DNA of 64,000 bases from Nitrospirota bacterium. Its GTDB lineage: Bacteria; Nitrospirota; UBA9217. The notes below the pieces were generated by a model. It had not been told where the DNA came from, made no database searches, and saw only the letters and a list, made by a program, of their open reading frames with translations. This document shows positions 20,478 to 30,269 of this stretch, piece after piece. Both the position numbers and the translations under genes were made by a program. Location of the stretch: positions 224,001-288,000 of the forward strand of contig CAVUCU010000004.1 in NCBI GenBank assembly GCA_963740085.1, read 5' to 3'. Position 1 is the first letter of the stretch; every line of letters begins with the position of its first letter.

Positions 20478-23400
20478 ATGAGTGTAAGAAAACCATGCTC
20501 ATCACCATTTGGGATATTTCAGAGATCCGTATTGATCGTCGGTTTCCTGTCCGGTATTTTCCTCGGGACTAATGTCCAGGCATTTACCGTGAACGTGATC
20601 GACGACACGGGCAGCTCCGTTCCGAACTACGAATGGACCGTGCAGGAAGACAATACCTATGATGCCGTCGCAAATGTCGGGATCAAGGGCAATCCGAACA
20701 CGCTCTCGACATCGATCCATAAAAGCCATGCCCATGTGCTGGCTGTGGGTTCCACATCAACGGTCGACCTTCCCTCAACGAACCGCTATTATATTTCAGC
20801 GAAGGCCCCGGGATACACGCTGAATGGCGACATGGTAAAGGTGGGCCAGTCGAGCGTCACGATCCTTCTTCACAAAAACCCGATACCCATGGCACAGGTC
20901 AGCGTGCTTGTCTTCGAAGACAATGCGCCGATCAACGGCGCTCCCGATATACCGGGTGAGAGGTCTTTGCCGAATTTCAAGATCTATATCTATGACCAAG
21001 CCGGCCAGATGTCGACCGACGGCTTCGGAAACCCCATCGGGACCACGTATGACCTCAATACCGGAGATACCATAACGATAGGCGCAGGGTATGTGATTAC
21101 GACGACGGCCGGCGACGGCACGACCGGCAACGCACTGATCCCAAACCTCGCGCCGGGTAAATACGGGATCCGGGCCGTACCGAATGACGGAAGACCCTGG
21201 GTTCAGACGGCAACCATAGAAGGTACGCCCGGGATCGATACATGGGTCATGGCCGGGGAGCCGCCGTATAATACGGAAGCCGGCTTTTTCGGGGTCCATG
21301 CGTTTATCGGGTTCGTACTGCCGACCTCTTATTATCAAGGGATCGGGGACAGCACGACAAATCAGTTCCGGGCATTATTGCCCGGCGAAACAGCGGGAGC
21401 GATCACCGGTCAGGTCATGATCAATCATATGAACCGGCCGCCGCTTCAAGCAGGCCTTGTCCCGAGTATTCCCGTTCCGGAGGCCTATGTGGGGCTGACC
21501 GATGCGGGAAACGGCAACACGCAGGTCTACGCCGCAAAATGCAATCCCGATTCTACCTTTACCATTGCCAATGTACCCCCCGGCACGTACACGTTGACCA
21601 TGTGGGACTTTCCTCTTGATATGGTCATGGATTTCCGTACCGTCGTCATTCCGCCAACCGGCGGGACCGCGGATCTGGGGCAGATCCCGGTTGTTGCGTG
21701 GTTCGGCAGGTATGAGGGAAGCATCTTCAACGACGTCAACAAGAACGGCGTACGGGACCCTGGAGAAGCGGCGATCCCGAACCAGCTCGTCGATATTCGG
21801 TTCCGTGACGGTTCTATCTATTGGGCCAACACGACCGATTCCAGCGGAGAATTCTTGAATAGTGAGGTGTTCCCTTTCTTTAAATATATTATTGCCGAGA
21901 GTGATTATACGCGGTTCAAACCCACAGGCGCCACCGTGTATGTGGACAAGGGGGGGCCCATGTCTTCACCCTGGCCGAATCCGCTCTACCCGCTTCTGGA
22001 AACCCGCACCGATACCGGTCCCTTCCCTTTTCTTCTCGAGGGGATGATGCTGTACAACGGCAGTAACTCCAAGATCGACTGGGGCAGGGTGCCCTATGCA
22101 CCCGGCGAGAACGGCGGCATTGTCGGTGTTGCCTACCTCGCAACAACCCGTGCCCAGGCCGACCCGAGGCTTTCCGTTGCCGAACCATGGGAGCCGGGCA
22201 TTCCCGACGTAACGATAAATCTCTACAAAGTGACCGGCTATGACAGTAACGGGAAACCGATCACGCAGGGCCCGATCAATACCTACCAGACCGACTCCTG
22301 GGATAAGAATCTTCCGACGGGCTGTAAATCCGCAATGCAGGCAGCGGGACTTTCGCTCAATCCACTGGGAATCCCGATGGATACCTACATAGACTGCGCA
22401 GAGACCATTCCTTTCTGGAACCAGACCAAACCCGCCGTGTTCGACGGAGGTTATGCATTCTCCACCGACGCGCAGGGGAACCAGCTTCCTGCCGGCGAAT
22501 ATGTTGTTGAGATGATCATTCCTCCGGGCTATATCCTCGAGAAGGAAGAGGACGTGAACGCGATCGTGTCGGGAGACACGTACACCCCCTCGGTGCCGCA
22601 ACCGGCGCTTCTCCCGGCAGAGTGCGTCGGGGCAGACCATCTGGTACCCGCTTTTCACAGCTCAGACAGCGGCCCGAACGGCATTCCCCAGGGCAGCCCG
22701 ATCGATGTTTCAAGTCCGGTGTTTCCCTTTGTTGGGCAAATTAGGCCTCTTTGCGACAAAAAGCTTGTCCGGCTTGCAGACGGACAGAACGCGGCAGCGG
22801 ATTTTCATATCTGGACGCGTGTGCCGCCGGCGGGCAGGATCGTGGGGCTCGTGACCGATGACCTTACCCCGGAGTTCCGCAGGGGCAGTCCGAGGCTCAA
22901 CGACGTCATCGGCATACCATTCCTTCCTATATCTTTCCAGGACTATACCGGACACGAAGTGGCGCGTACGTATTCCGATGAGTGGGGTCAGTACAATGTC
23001 CTCGTCCCTTCAACCTATTCGGTCAATGTTCCGTTGCCGACGGGTGTAAGCCCGAATATAGTGCAGATCTTTGTGAACCATCGGGGGTTCGATCCGTCGC
23101 ATCCCGATCCGTACTTTAATCCCGGCTACCCGGTTGTCGAGGTCCATATGGACGTCTGGCCCGGGAAAACGACCTATGCGGATACGCCTCTCATCCCCAT
23201 CCGTCCGAATTTCAGCGCCCTTGATTGCGATCTTCCTGACAAGACGCCGATCGTGTTCGAAGTGAACGGGCCTGCAGGCGGGCCCTGGGTAGAAACAACA
23301 CCGGGAACAATCACGATCACTTCAGTGGGCAAGCAATTGTTAAGCGACACGAGCACCAGGGACTACGGCTTCGGAAGTTCCGCGGGAAATGTCTTTGCCA

Positions 23401-25616
23401 CTCCTGTCGGCAACCCTGTGGACAGCATGTCGACCCTGAAGCTTCAGATATCGAGCTGGGCGGATGGAGCGATCACGTTGACCGGAAAGCTCGAGGACGG
23501 CGTAACGCCTCTTCAGAACGGCGACTACCAGCTGACGATCAGACGTGACGACAGCCGCCGGATGAGCATAGCTGCTGCGACGCTCCATGTGGGTGTTCCG
23601 GCGAGCAAGGTCAAACATGTTGCGACCGGCACCGGCGCTATCCAGGCAGCTATCGACAGCGCCGCTGACGGCGACCTGATCCTGATCGCGCCCGGACTCT
23701 ATCCGGAGAACATCATCATGTACAAGAACGTGAAGCTCCAGGGATACGGCGCGGCCTCCACGGTCATCAATGCAGGCTACTTTACACCGGACAAGCAGAC
23801 TGCCTGGCTCGCGCTGCTCAACAGCATCACGAGCGCTCAGTCCAGCACATTTTACATCATCCCCGGAGAACAACCGGACTTCTTCCTTGAGCAGGGCTCG
23901 GGCATCCTGGTGCTCGCGAGAGAGGGAGACTTTACCCAGCTTGATCCGGCCAGAATAGACGGATTGCAGTTCACTGGCGCAAATCTCGGCGGAGGCATCT
24001 TTGTCAACGGGTTCGGCCATTATCTGCAGATCACGAACAATAAAATTACCGCCAACCAGGGGACCGTGGGCGGAGGCATCCGGATCGGGAGTCCGTCGCT
24101 CGTCAGCCCGGGTGATCAGGCGGGCTCGAGTTTCTACGAAAGCTCACATAACGACAACATCACCATCAGCAACAACCTGATCATAACCAACGGGTCCAAC
24201 GGCCAGACGATCGCGAGCGGAGGCGGCATTGGTCTGTTCACCGGCTCCGACAATTATGTGGTGAGCGACAGCTGGATCTGCGGCAATTACTCGGCCCTTG
24301 CCGGAGCTGCAATAGGGCAGCAGGGATTGAGCGACCATGGCCTGATCAGGAACAATTCGATCATCTTCAACCAGTCCTTTGACGAAGGCGGCGGGATCTT
24401 CCTGTCCGGAGAAACGCCGATCGCCGGCCTCGTATCGAACGCCACGGCAACGCGAGTGCTTCCTTCGCCCCTCCTGCTGTCCGCGGGAGCGGGAAACGCC
24501 GTGATCACCGGCAACCTGATCCAGGGGAACAACGGCGGCAATATGGGCGGCGGCATCACGCTCTTCAACTACAACGGTCTGGATGTTCTTTCCAATCCGA
24601 CGGATACGGCGGCATGGTACAAGACGGAGATCTACAACAACCTGATCGTCAACAACATTTCCGGCGCATACGGGGCCGGGATCGCGCTCTTCAATGCGCT
24701 CGACACGACCATCGTGAACAACACGATCTCAAATAACGACTCCACGGCCACAAGCGAGTTTGCCTTCGGTATCGTTCCCAACCCGGCGGGACTGGTGGAT
24801 CTCTTCCTGCCGCCCACAGCCATCACAGGGCCGATGCCCGCTGGCATAGGTATCCAGCCCATCAGCGCCGATCTGGTCTCGGCGATGTCTGCCACGGTCG
24901 CTTCCGGTTACGGCGCATTCGGCGGCACCATAACACCGGTTCTGGTCAATAATATCGTCACCAACAATTTCTCCTACTTCTGGAACGGGTACGACCCGCA
25001 AAACAGCCTGTCTGCCCTCACACTCTCCGGTGTATGGGACATGGGGGTATTCGGCGTACCAACGGCAAAGCTGAACCCCCGGTTCTCGCTGCTCACGAAT
25101 GCAACGGGATATGATCCTTCCAATATCTCCGGGGACCCGAAGTTCATGACCAGCTACAGGAACAACCTCAATGCCGCACAGGGAGGGGCGACCCTGGGCA
25201 ATTTCGTGAGCATCATCTATACTCCCATGACGCTTGTCGGCAACTATCACATCCAGCGAGTTTCACCGGCACTGGATTCCGGCGATTCGACCGCTCTCAG
25301 CACCTGGTATCCTTACCTGAGCCTTGATATCGATACGGAACCACGGCCCATGGGCTATACCGTTCCTGCGAAGCCGGACATGGGCGCTGATGAATTGAAC
25401 TCGAAAGGGGACGTCAATTGCGACGGCGGTGTGACCGCGCAGGACGCCCTGCTGGCGCTCCGGTACGTCGTGGATAATACGCAAACGCTGGCATGCCCGC
25501 AGAATGCCGACGCGGCTCCGCTGACGCCCACGGGCAAGCCGATCGGAAACGGAGTAACGAATCTGAGCGATGTGCTCGCTATTCTGATGCGAGCAACGAA
25601 TCTAGTGATATGGTAG
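20478..25616 (+). CDS. 1712-aa secreted protein: SdrD-B/Ig-like repeats, IPT/TIG-like, right-handed beta-helix, choice-of-anchor-Q-like segment, C-terminal dockerin
   Basis: Signal peptide; GSIFNDVNKNGVRDPGE; IQAAIDSAADGDLILIAPGLYPEN; repeated GGGI..N..I.NN; SPALDSG..PDMGADE; GDVNCDGGVTAQDALLALR..NGVTNLSDVLAIL. Confidence 0.8.
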   Translation: MSVRKPCSSPFGIFQRSVLIVGFLSGIFLGTNVQAFTVNVIDDTGSSVPNYEWTVQEDNTYDAVANVGIKGNPNTLSTSIHKSHAHVLAVGSTSTVDLPSTNRYYISAKAPGYTLNGDMVKVGQSSVTILLHKNPIPMAQVSVLVFEDNAPINGAPDIPGERSLPNFKIYIYDQAGQMSTDGFGNPIGTTYDLNTGDTITIGAGYVITTTAGDGTTGNALIPNLAPGKYGIRAVPNDGRPWVQTATIEGTPGIDTWVMAGEPPYNTEAGFFGVHAFIGFVLPTSYYQGIGDSTTNQFRALLPGETAGAITGQVMINHMNRPPLQAGLVPSIPVPEAYVGLTDAGNGNTQVYAAKCNPDSTFTIANVPPGTYTLTMWDFPLDMVMDFRTVVIPPTGGTADLGQIPVVAWFGRYEGSIFNDVNKNGVRDPGEAAIPNQLVDIRFRDGSIYWANTTDSSGEFLNSEVFPFFKYIIAESDYTRFKPTGATVYVDKGGPMSSPWPNPLYPLLETRTDTGPFPFLLEGMMLYNGSNSKIDWGRVPYAPGENGGIVGVAYLATTRAQADPRLSVAEPWEPGIPDVTINLYKVTGYDSNGKPITQGPINTYQTDSWDKNLPTGCKSAMQAAGLSLNPLGIPMDTYIDCAETIPFWNQTKPAVFDGGYAFSTDAQGNQLPAGEYVVEMIIPPGYILEKEEDVNAIVSGDTYTPSVPQPALLPAECVGADHLVPAFHSSDSGPNGIPQGSPIDVSSPVFPFVGQIRPLCDKKLVRLADGQNAAADFHIWTRVPPAGRIVGLVTDDLTPEFRRGSPRLNDVIGIPFLPISFQDYTGHEVARTYSDEWGQYNVLVPSTYSVNVPLPTGVSPNIVQIFVNHRGFDPSHPDPYFNPGYPVVEVHMDVWPGKTTYADTPLIPIRPNFSALDCDLPDKTPIVFEVNGPAGGPWVETTPGTITITSVGKQLLSDTSTRDYGFGSSAGNVFATPVGNPVDSMSTLKLQISSWADGAITLTGKLEDGVTPLQNGDYQLTIRRDDSRRMSIAAATLHVGVPASKVKHVATGTGAIQAAIDSAADGDLILIAPGLYPENIIMYKNVKLQGYGAASTVINAGYFTPDKQTAWLALLNSITSAQSSTFYIIPGEQPDFFLEQGSGILVLAREGDFTQLDPARIDGLQFTGANLGGGIFVNGFGHYLQITNNKITANQGTVGGGIRIGSPSLVSPGDQAGSSFYESSHNDNITISNNLIITNGSNGQTIASGGGIGLFTGSDNYVVSDSWICGNYSALAGAAIGQQGLSDHGLIRNNSIIFNQSFDEGGGIFLSGETPIAGLVSNATATRVLPSPLLLSAGAGNAVITGNLIQGNNGGNMGGGITLFNYNGLDVLSNPTDTAAWYKTEIYNNLIVNNISGAYGAGIALFNALDTTIVNNTISNNDSTATSEFAFGIVPNPAGLVDLFLPPTAITGPMPAGIGIQPISADLVSAMSATVASGYGAFGGTITPVLVNNIVTNNFSYFWNGYDPQNSLSALTLSGVWDMGVFGVPTAKLNPRFSLLTNATGYDPSNISGDPKFMTSYRNNLNAAQGGATLGNFVSIIYTPMTLVGNYHIQRVSPALDSGDSTALSTWYPYLSLDIDTEPRPMGYTVPAKPDMGADELNSKGDVNCDGGVTAQDALLALRYVVDNTQTLACPQNADAAPLTPTGKPIGNGVTNLSDVLAILMRATNLVIW

Positions 25617-25681
25617 GCCGCGCGATCGGGCCATCCACCGGCTGTGCGCATCCCGCCGGGATTAACAAAGGGAGGATTTCC

Positions 25682-26980
25682 ATGCGAATAAAATCTCGTA
25701 TCATTTACACGGGTCTTGTCCTTCTGCTTCTGGGTGTGGCCATCCCCGCGTGGGCGGCCTCGGTACAGGTGCAGTACCCCTGCGATATCGATAATCAGCC
25801 GACCGGGAATTTCCCCGGTCCCGAGGATGTCGACTGGAATGGCGATGGCATTATCGACATGCTGGTGTCCAACGGAACGGCCACAGCCTCATGCCCTGCG
25901 ACACTCAAATACATGAGACTTGGCGGGACTGACGGATATTGCCGGATGGCCGACGGGCTCGATCTGTATTCTTTCGGATTCATTGATCTGACAGGCATGC
26001 CGGAAGACACCGTTCTGGATCAGGGATTAAATCACGCCAATATTCCCGCGCCGACGATCGTCATGAACGAAGGTGACGAGGTTTATCTCAACCTGTCGAA
26101 CCTGGGGATGCTCCTTCGTCCTGATCTGTTCGATCCGCACACGGTCCACTTTCACGGGTTCCCGAATGCCGCGACGGTCTTCGACGGCGAACCCATGGCG
26201 AGCTTCGGCGTCAGGCCGACTTCCACCATTACCTATTACTACCATCCCGTGGATCCGGGCACCTACATGTACCATTGTCATCAGGAAGCCACGGAACACA
26301 TGGAGATGGGCATGCTCGGGAACCTTGTGGTACGCCCCGCGCAGAACGGGACTTCCTATATCTACAGCGGCCAGACCTATACGAAGTTTGCTTACAACGA
26401 CAGAGACGGCCGCACGGGATATGATGTAGAGGCGATGATCAAGTACTCTGACATGGACCCCATATTTCATCAGCGGGACGAAATCTTCCAGCCGCCGCGC
26501 TTTGCCGAATTCGAGGCGCGCTATTTTTTACTGAACGGCCGGGGATATCCCGATACCGTCAATACCGGGGAGATCACGAACGGCACGAATAATTACGCTG
26601 CCCAGAAGATGAATTCCAAGATCACGATCAACCGGACGGCTCCTAGTGGCCAGCGGACCATACTCATCAGACTCATCAATCTTTCGGTCCAGCATTTCAC
26701 GAACGTAGAGGCCCCCGGGTTGGGTATTAAAATTATCGCCAAATGCGCGAGGCTTTTGCGCGGTCCGAACCCGACGGACGGCACAGGGCCGGGAGCGGGC
26801 AACGATACAAGCTACTATGTCACTTCCGCGCTTGTGGGACCGGGAGAGTCGATCGATCTCCTCATCGATACGAACGGTGTGGCCGCCGGGACGTATTATC
26901 TCTTTTCGCGAAATCTGGACCAATTGAACAACGATCTGATGGACCGCGGCGGAGTAATGACGGAAATCACCATTATCTGA
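25682..26980 (+). CDS. Two-domain multicopper-oxidase subunit A (T1 Cu plus four His in domain 1)
   Basis: GGAGG RBS, signal peptide; HTVHFHG and YHCHQEATEHMEMGM; domain 2 lacks His motifs; EF-hand-like DWNGDGIID. Confidence 0.85.
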   Translation: MRIKSRIIYTGLVLLLLGVAIPAWAASVQVQYPCDIDNQPTGNFPGPEDVDWNGDGIIDMLVSNGTATASCPATLKYMRLGGTDGYCRMADGLDLYSFGFIDLTGMPEDTVLDQGLNHANIPAPTIVMNEGDEVYLNLSNLGMLLRPDLFDPHTVHFHGFPNAATVFDGEPMASFGVRPTSTITYYYHPVDPGTYMYHCHQEATEHMEMGMLGNLVVRPAQNGTSYIYSGQTYTKFAYNDRDGRTGYDVEAMIKYSDMDPIFHQRDEIFQPPRFAEFEARYFLLNGRGYPDTVNTGEITNGTNNYAAQKMNSKITINRTAPSGQRTILIRLINLSVQHFTNVEAPGLGIKIIAKCARLLRGPNPTDGTGPGAGNDTSYYVTSALVGPGESIDLLIDTNGVAAGTYYLFSRNLDQLNNDLMDRGGVMTEITII

Positions 26981-27015
26981 TCCAAGATGCGAGTATCGTC
27001 TGAACGGAGGCAATC

Positions 27016-28495
27016 ATGATGCTGTTTAAGGATATTTTAAGAATTCTGCTGCTGATCATAGGTCTTGCGGTCATCCCGCTGTCACAGGCGGACGCCAAGG
27101 TCCACGGACTGAGCGGTACGTCGCCGACCCCTGTATTCAACTTCATTGCCTCGGCGGCACATATCACCACGCCGGATGGCGGCAGCCTCCTGTTCTGGGG
27201 GTTCGGCGACGCTTCGGCGGGCATACCCCAGTATCCGGGCCCGACTTTGATCGTGAATGAAGGGGATACGGTCACCATCAACCTGACCAATAACCTGGCC
27301 GAGCCTGTATCAATGACTTTCCCCGGACTCGATGTCACCTCGCACGAGGCGCCTCTCTTTCCCATGGGCGACCGGACGATGCTCAATTCCGTGGTCTCCG
27401 AGGCTGCGCCGAACGGCGGTACCCGGACCTACACATTCACGGCAAGCAGACCCGGCACGTTTTACTATCAGAGCGGCTCCAATCAGCCGATCCAACTGCG
27501 CATGGGACTCTTCGGCGCCATCGTTGTGCGTCCGGCCCAAAATGGAACGGCAATGACCATCAACGGCAATGATTACCGGTTCCTTCGGGGACTCTATACA
27601 TTGGCCACGGGCACAACCGGAACCGGCGTCACCAAGACGTTCACCCAGTTCGCCTACGATGACGGCGATGGTTCGACAGGATATGACCGGGAATACCTTT
27701 TTCTTTTCAGCGATATGGACCCGGCGTTTCACAGCTGGATGGAATTCGGCGGCGCTTACGATATCAGCAAGTGGAAGGCCAATTACTGGTTCATCAACGG
27801 CCGCTGCGCACCGGATACCATGGATATGCCGAATGTCGCGAATCTGCCGAACCAGCCTTATAATGCTCAGCCTTTCATGCACCCCGGCGAAGTGATCCTG
27901 ATCAGGTATGTCGCCATGGGCAGGGACTTGCACCCCCTTCACACGCACGCCAATCATGTGCGGGTCGTTGCTACTGACGGGAATCTGCTGAGCACAGCGG
28001 CTACGGGCACGACCGGCGCCGATCTGTCCTGGCTGACATTTACCCTTACCCAGTTCCCGGGAAAAACGCTTTGACGGCACTTTCACCTGGACCGGCAGTG
28101 AACTCAACTGGGACATATACGGCCACAAACCCGGCGACCCCCTGGAACCTTACGAGTACCTTGCCGACCACGGCAAACAGTTTACGCCGAACCTGCCGCC
28201 CATCAATGACACGAACGGACAGCCCGTATCCCAGGGTCTGGCGCCTGCGCAGGCATTTCCTGTGCTTCAAGCGTCAATCGAGACCATCATAGGGGGGCTC
28301 TTCTGGAGCGGCAGCCCCTATCTGGGGTCTTCGGCGCCGGTCGTACCCGGGGAGGGCGGATTCAACCCCTTTAACGGCTACTTCTATATGTGGCACAGCC
28401 ACGCTGAGCGGGAAATAACGAACAACGATATTTTCCCGGGAGGGATGCTTACCATGCTGGGCATCCTGCCATGGTCGGCACCCATATCCGAATAA
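27016..28495 (+). CDS. Two-domain multicopper-oxidase subunit B (T2/T3 His in domain 2, no T1 Cys); +1 indel near 28069
   Basis: Domain 1 has PVSMTFPG and YYQSG (no ligands); domain 2 has HPLHTH and YMWHSH; after the shift the frame reads FDGTFTWTG... into ORF 28262..28495. Confidence 0.8.
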
Positions 28496-28507
28496 CGGAG
28501 GTCGTGA

Positions 28508-29749
28508 ATGATGAATAAGACAAACCTGAAGATAATCTGTATGACCTTCCTGCTTATCGCCGGCGTTGCTGTCATGGCGGATGTGTCGTCGGCAGCGACC
28601 TACACTCTCCGGGCCGATAGGGCGAATCTCACCATGCCCGATGGTACGGTAGTCCCTGTCTGGGGATTTGCCGATGACGTCGCAGGAGCCGGTACGGGTA
28701 CGGTAATGGTCCCGGGCCCCCAGTTGATCGTTCCCGCATTGGACACGACGCTGACGATCAATCTGACGAACAACCTGCCGGTGCCCATTTCTGTGGACAT
28801 CCCGGGTCAACGGTATCCGAACGGCGCGACCCCGACCTATGTAGATGACGGGAAAGGCAATCGGGTAATGTCCTTCACGAATCACATCGCCGCGAATGGA
28901 GGAACAGCGTCACTCACCTTCGCAAACCTCAGACCCGGCGTATTTCTGTATGAGAGCGGCACCAATCCTGCCATGGAGATACCCATGGGACTTTATGGGT
29001 CGCTGATAGTACGCCCGCCTACCGCGGGTCAGGCATACGAACTCAATCCTCCATACAATGTGGACTCAACCTTTGCCAACGAGGCGGTTATTCTGCTGAG
29101 CGAGATAGACCCTCGATTCAACGACTATGTCGATGTCAATGGCACGACAGTCGACGCCGCGAACAAGATCAACTATTCGATAAGCTATGCCCCGATGTAT
29201 TTTCTCATCAACGGGAAGGCTTATCCGCAGACCTCGGACATCTCGGTTCCTCATGGGCAGCGGACGCTCCTGCGCCTTTTGAACGCCAGCGGGCGCAACG
29301 TCATGCCCACGTTCCAGGGAGAGGTTCCCACGGTCATTGCCGAGGACGGCTATTTGCTTAATTACCCCAGGCGCGAATTTGCACCCTCCCTGACCGCGGG
29401 CAAGACACTGGACATTATTTCGGCGCCGAGCGCAACAGGGTATCATGCTTTCTATGATCGTCGTCTGGGCATGTCAAACGCAGGTGTTTATCCCGGCGGC
29501 ATGATCACCTTTCTCGGGGACTTGAACTGCAGCCCGTTAAAAGGAGACGTGAACGGAGACGGCAGAATATCACCTATCGACGCTTTGACTGTCCTCCGTG
29601 CATTTGTCGGGGGAACGACCAATACACTTCCTGCCGGCGCCGATGTCTCTCTCGATCCCGCTTCAGGACTTCCCTGCGGGAATGGGACGATCGATCTGGT
29701 CGACGTCCTTATGCTGCTTCAAAAGGCTACAGGGTTCAACCCTTATTGA
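28508..29749 (+). CDS. Two-domain cupredoxin-fold subunit C lacking Cu ligands, with C-terminal dockerin
   Basis: PGPQLIV, LTNNL, FLYESG..MGLYGSLIVRP, FLINGKAYP; GDVNGDGRISPIDALTVLR..NGTIDLVDVLMLL. Confidence 0.8.
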   Translation: MMNKTNLKIICMTFLLIAGVAVMADVSSAATYTLRADRANLTMPDGTVVPVWGFADDVAGAGTGTVMVPGPQLIVPALDTTLTINLTNNLPVPISVDIPGQRYPNGATPTYVDDGKGNRVMSFTNHIAANGGTASLTFANLRPGVFLYESGTNPAMEIPMGLYGSLIVRPPTAGQAYELNPPYNVDSTFANEAVILLSEIDPRFNDYVDVNGTTVDAANKINYSISYAPMYFLINGKAYPQTSDISVPHGQRTLLRLLNASGRNVMPTFQGEVPTVIAEDGYLLNYPRREFAPSLTAGKTLDIISAPSATGYHAFYDRRLGMSNAGVYPGGMITFLGDLNCSPLKGDVNGDGRISPIDALTVLRAFVGGTTNTLPAGADVSLDPASGLPCGNGTIDLVDVLMLLQKATGFNPY

Positions 29750-29777
29750 CCGGGAGAACGGGGAGTCGGGTGCGTTG

Positions 29778-30269
29778 ATGAGGGATCAAAGGGAGCAAAC
29801 AGGGTCTTTGAAAGAGGCCGTGAAAAACCGACCGGTTTTAATTGCCGCGGGACTCATGATGATTGTGGGTCTGATCACCCAGAGCGGCTGCGTGAGAGTA
29901 AAACCCGTTGATCAGGATACAACTCATCAGCTGACTCCTGCGGAATCTGCGGGCATCGAGATCGTGAGGATCCATCCCTCAGTGGGTGGGCAGATGCTTG
30001 ATCTTCGATATCGCCTGATCGATGTGGAAAAGGCGAAACGCGCCATGAACCGGCAGGCAAAGATCTATCTAATTGATCAGGCAAGCGGTACGAAACTTCC
30101 GATCCCAAACATGGCAAAGGTCGGCAAACTGCTGCAGCGACCGGAACAGACCGGGGGAGACAAGATATTCTGGGTCTTTTTCAGCAATCCCGGGGGCATG
30201 GTCAAGACGGGAGCAAAGGTAACTCTGGTGATCGATGAGATCCGCATCAAGGATATCGTTGTTCAGTAA
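29778..30269 (+). CDS. Conserved-looking exported hypothetical protein (possible lipoprotein)
   Basis: Hydrophobic leader ending QSGC; beta-rich GIEIVR..LDLRYRLID..FFSNPG..VKTG.KVTLVI. Confidence 0.6.
   Translation: MRDQREQTGSLKEAVKNRPVLIAAGLMMIVGLITQSGCVRVKPVDQDTTHQLTPAESAGIEIVRIHPSVGGQMLDLRYRLIDVEKAKRAMNRQAKIYLIDQASGTKLPIPNMAKVGKLLQRPEQTGGDKIFWVFFSNPGGMVKTGAKVTLVIDEIRIKDIVVQ

Noticed and set aside
25682-26980. Call as copper nitrite reductase NirK
   Set aside because: Has HxxHxH and HCH rather than NirK HNIDFH/YHC, lacks the catalytic Asp, and shows no domain-2 His ligand motif.
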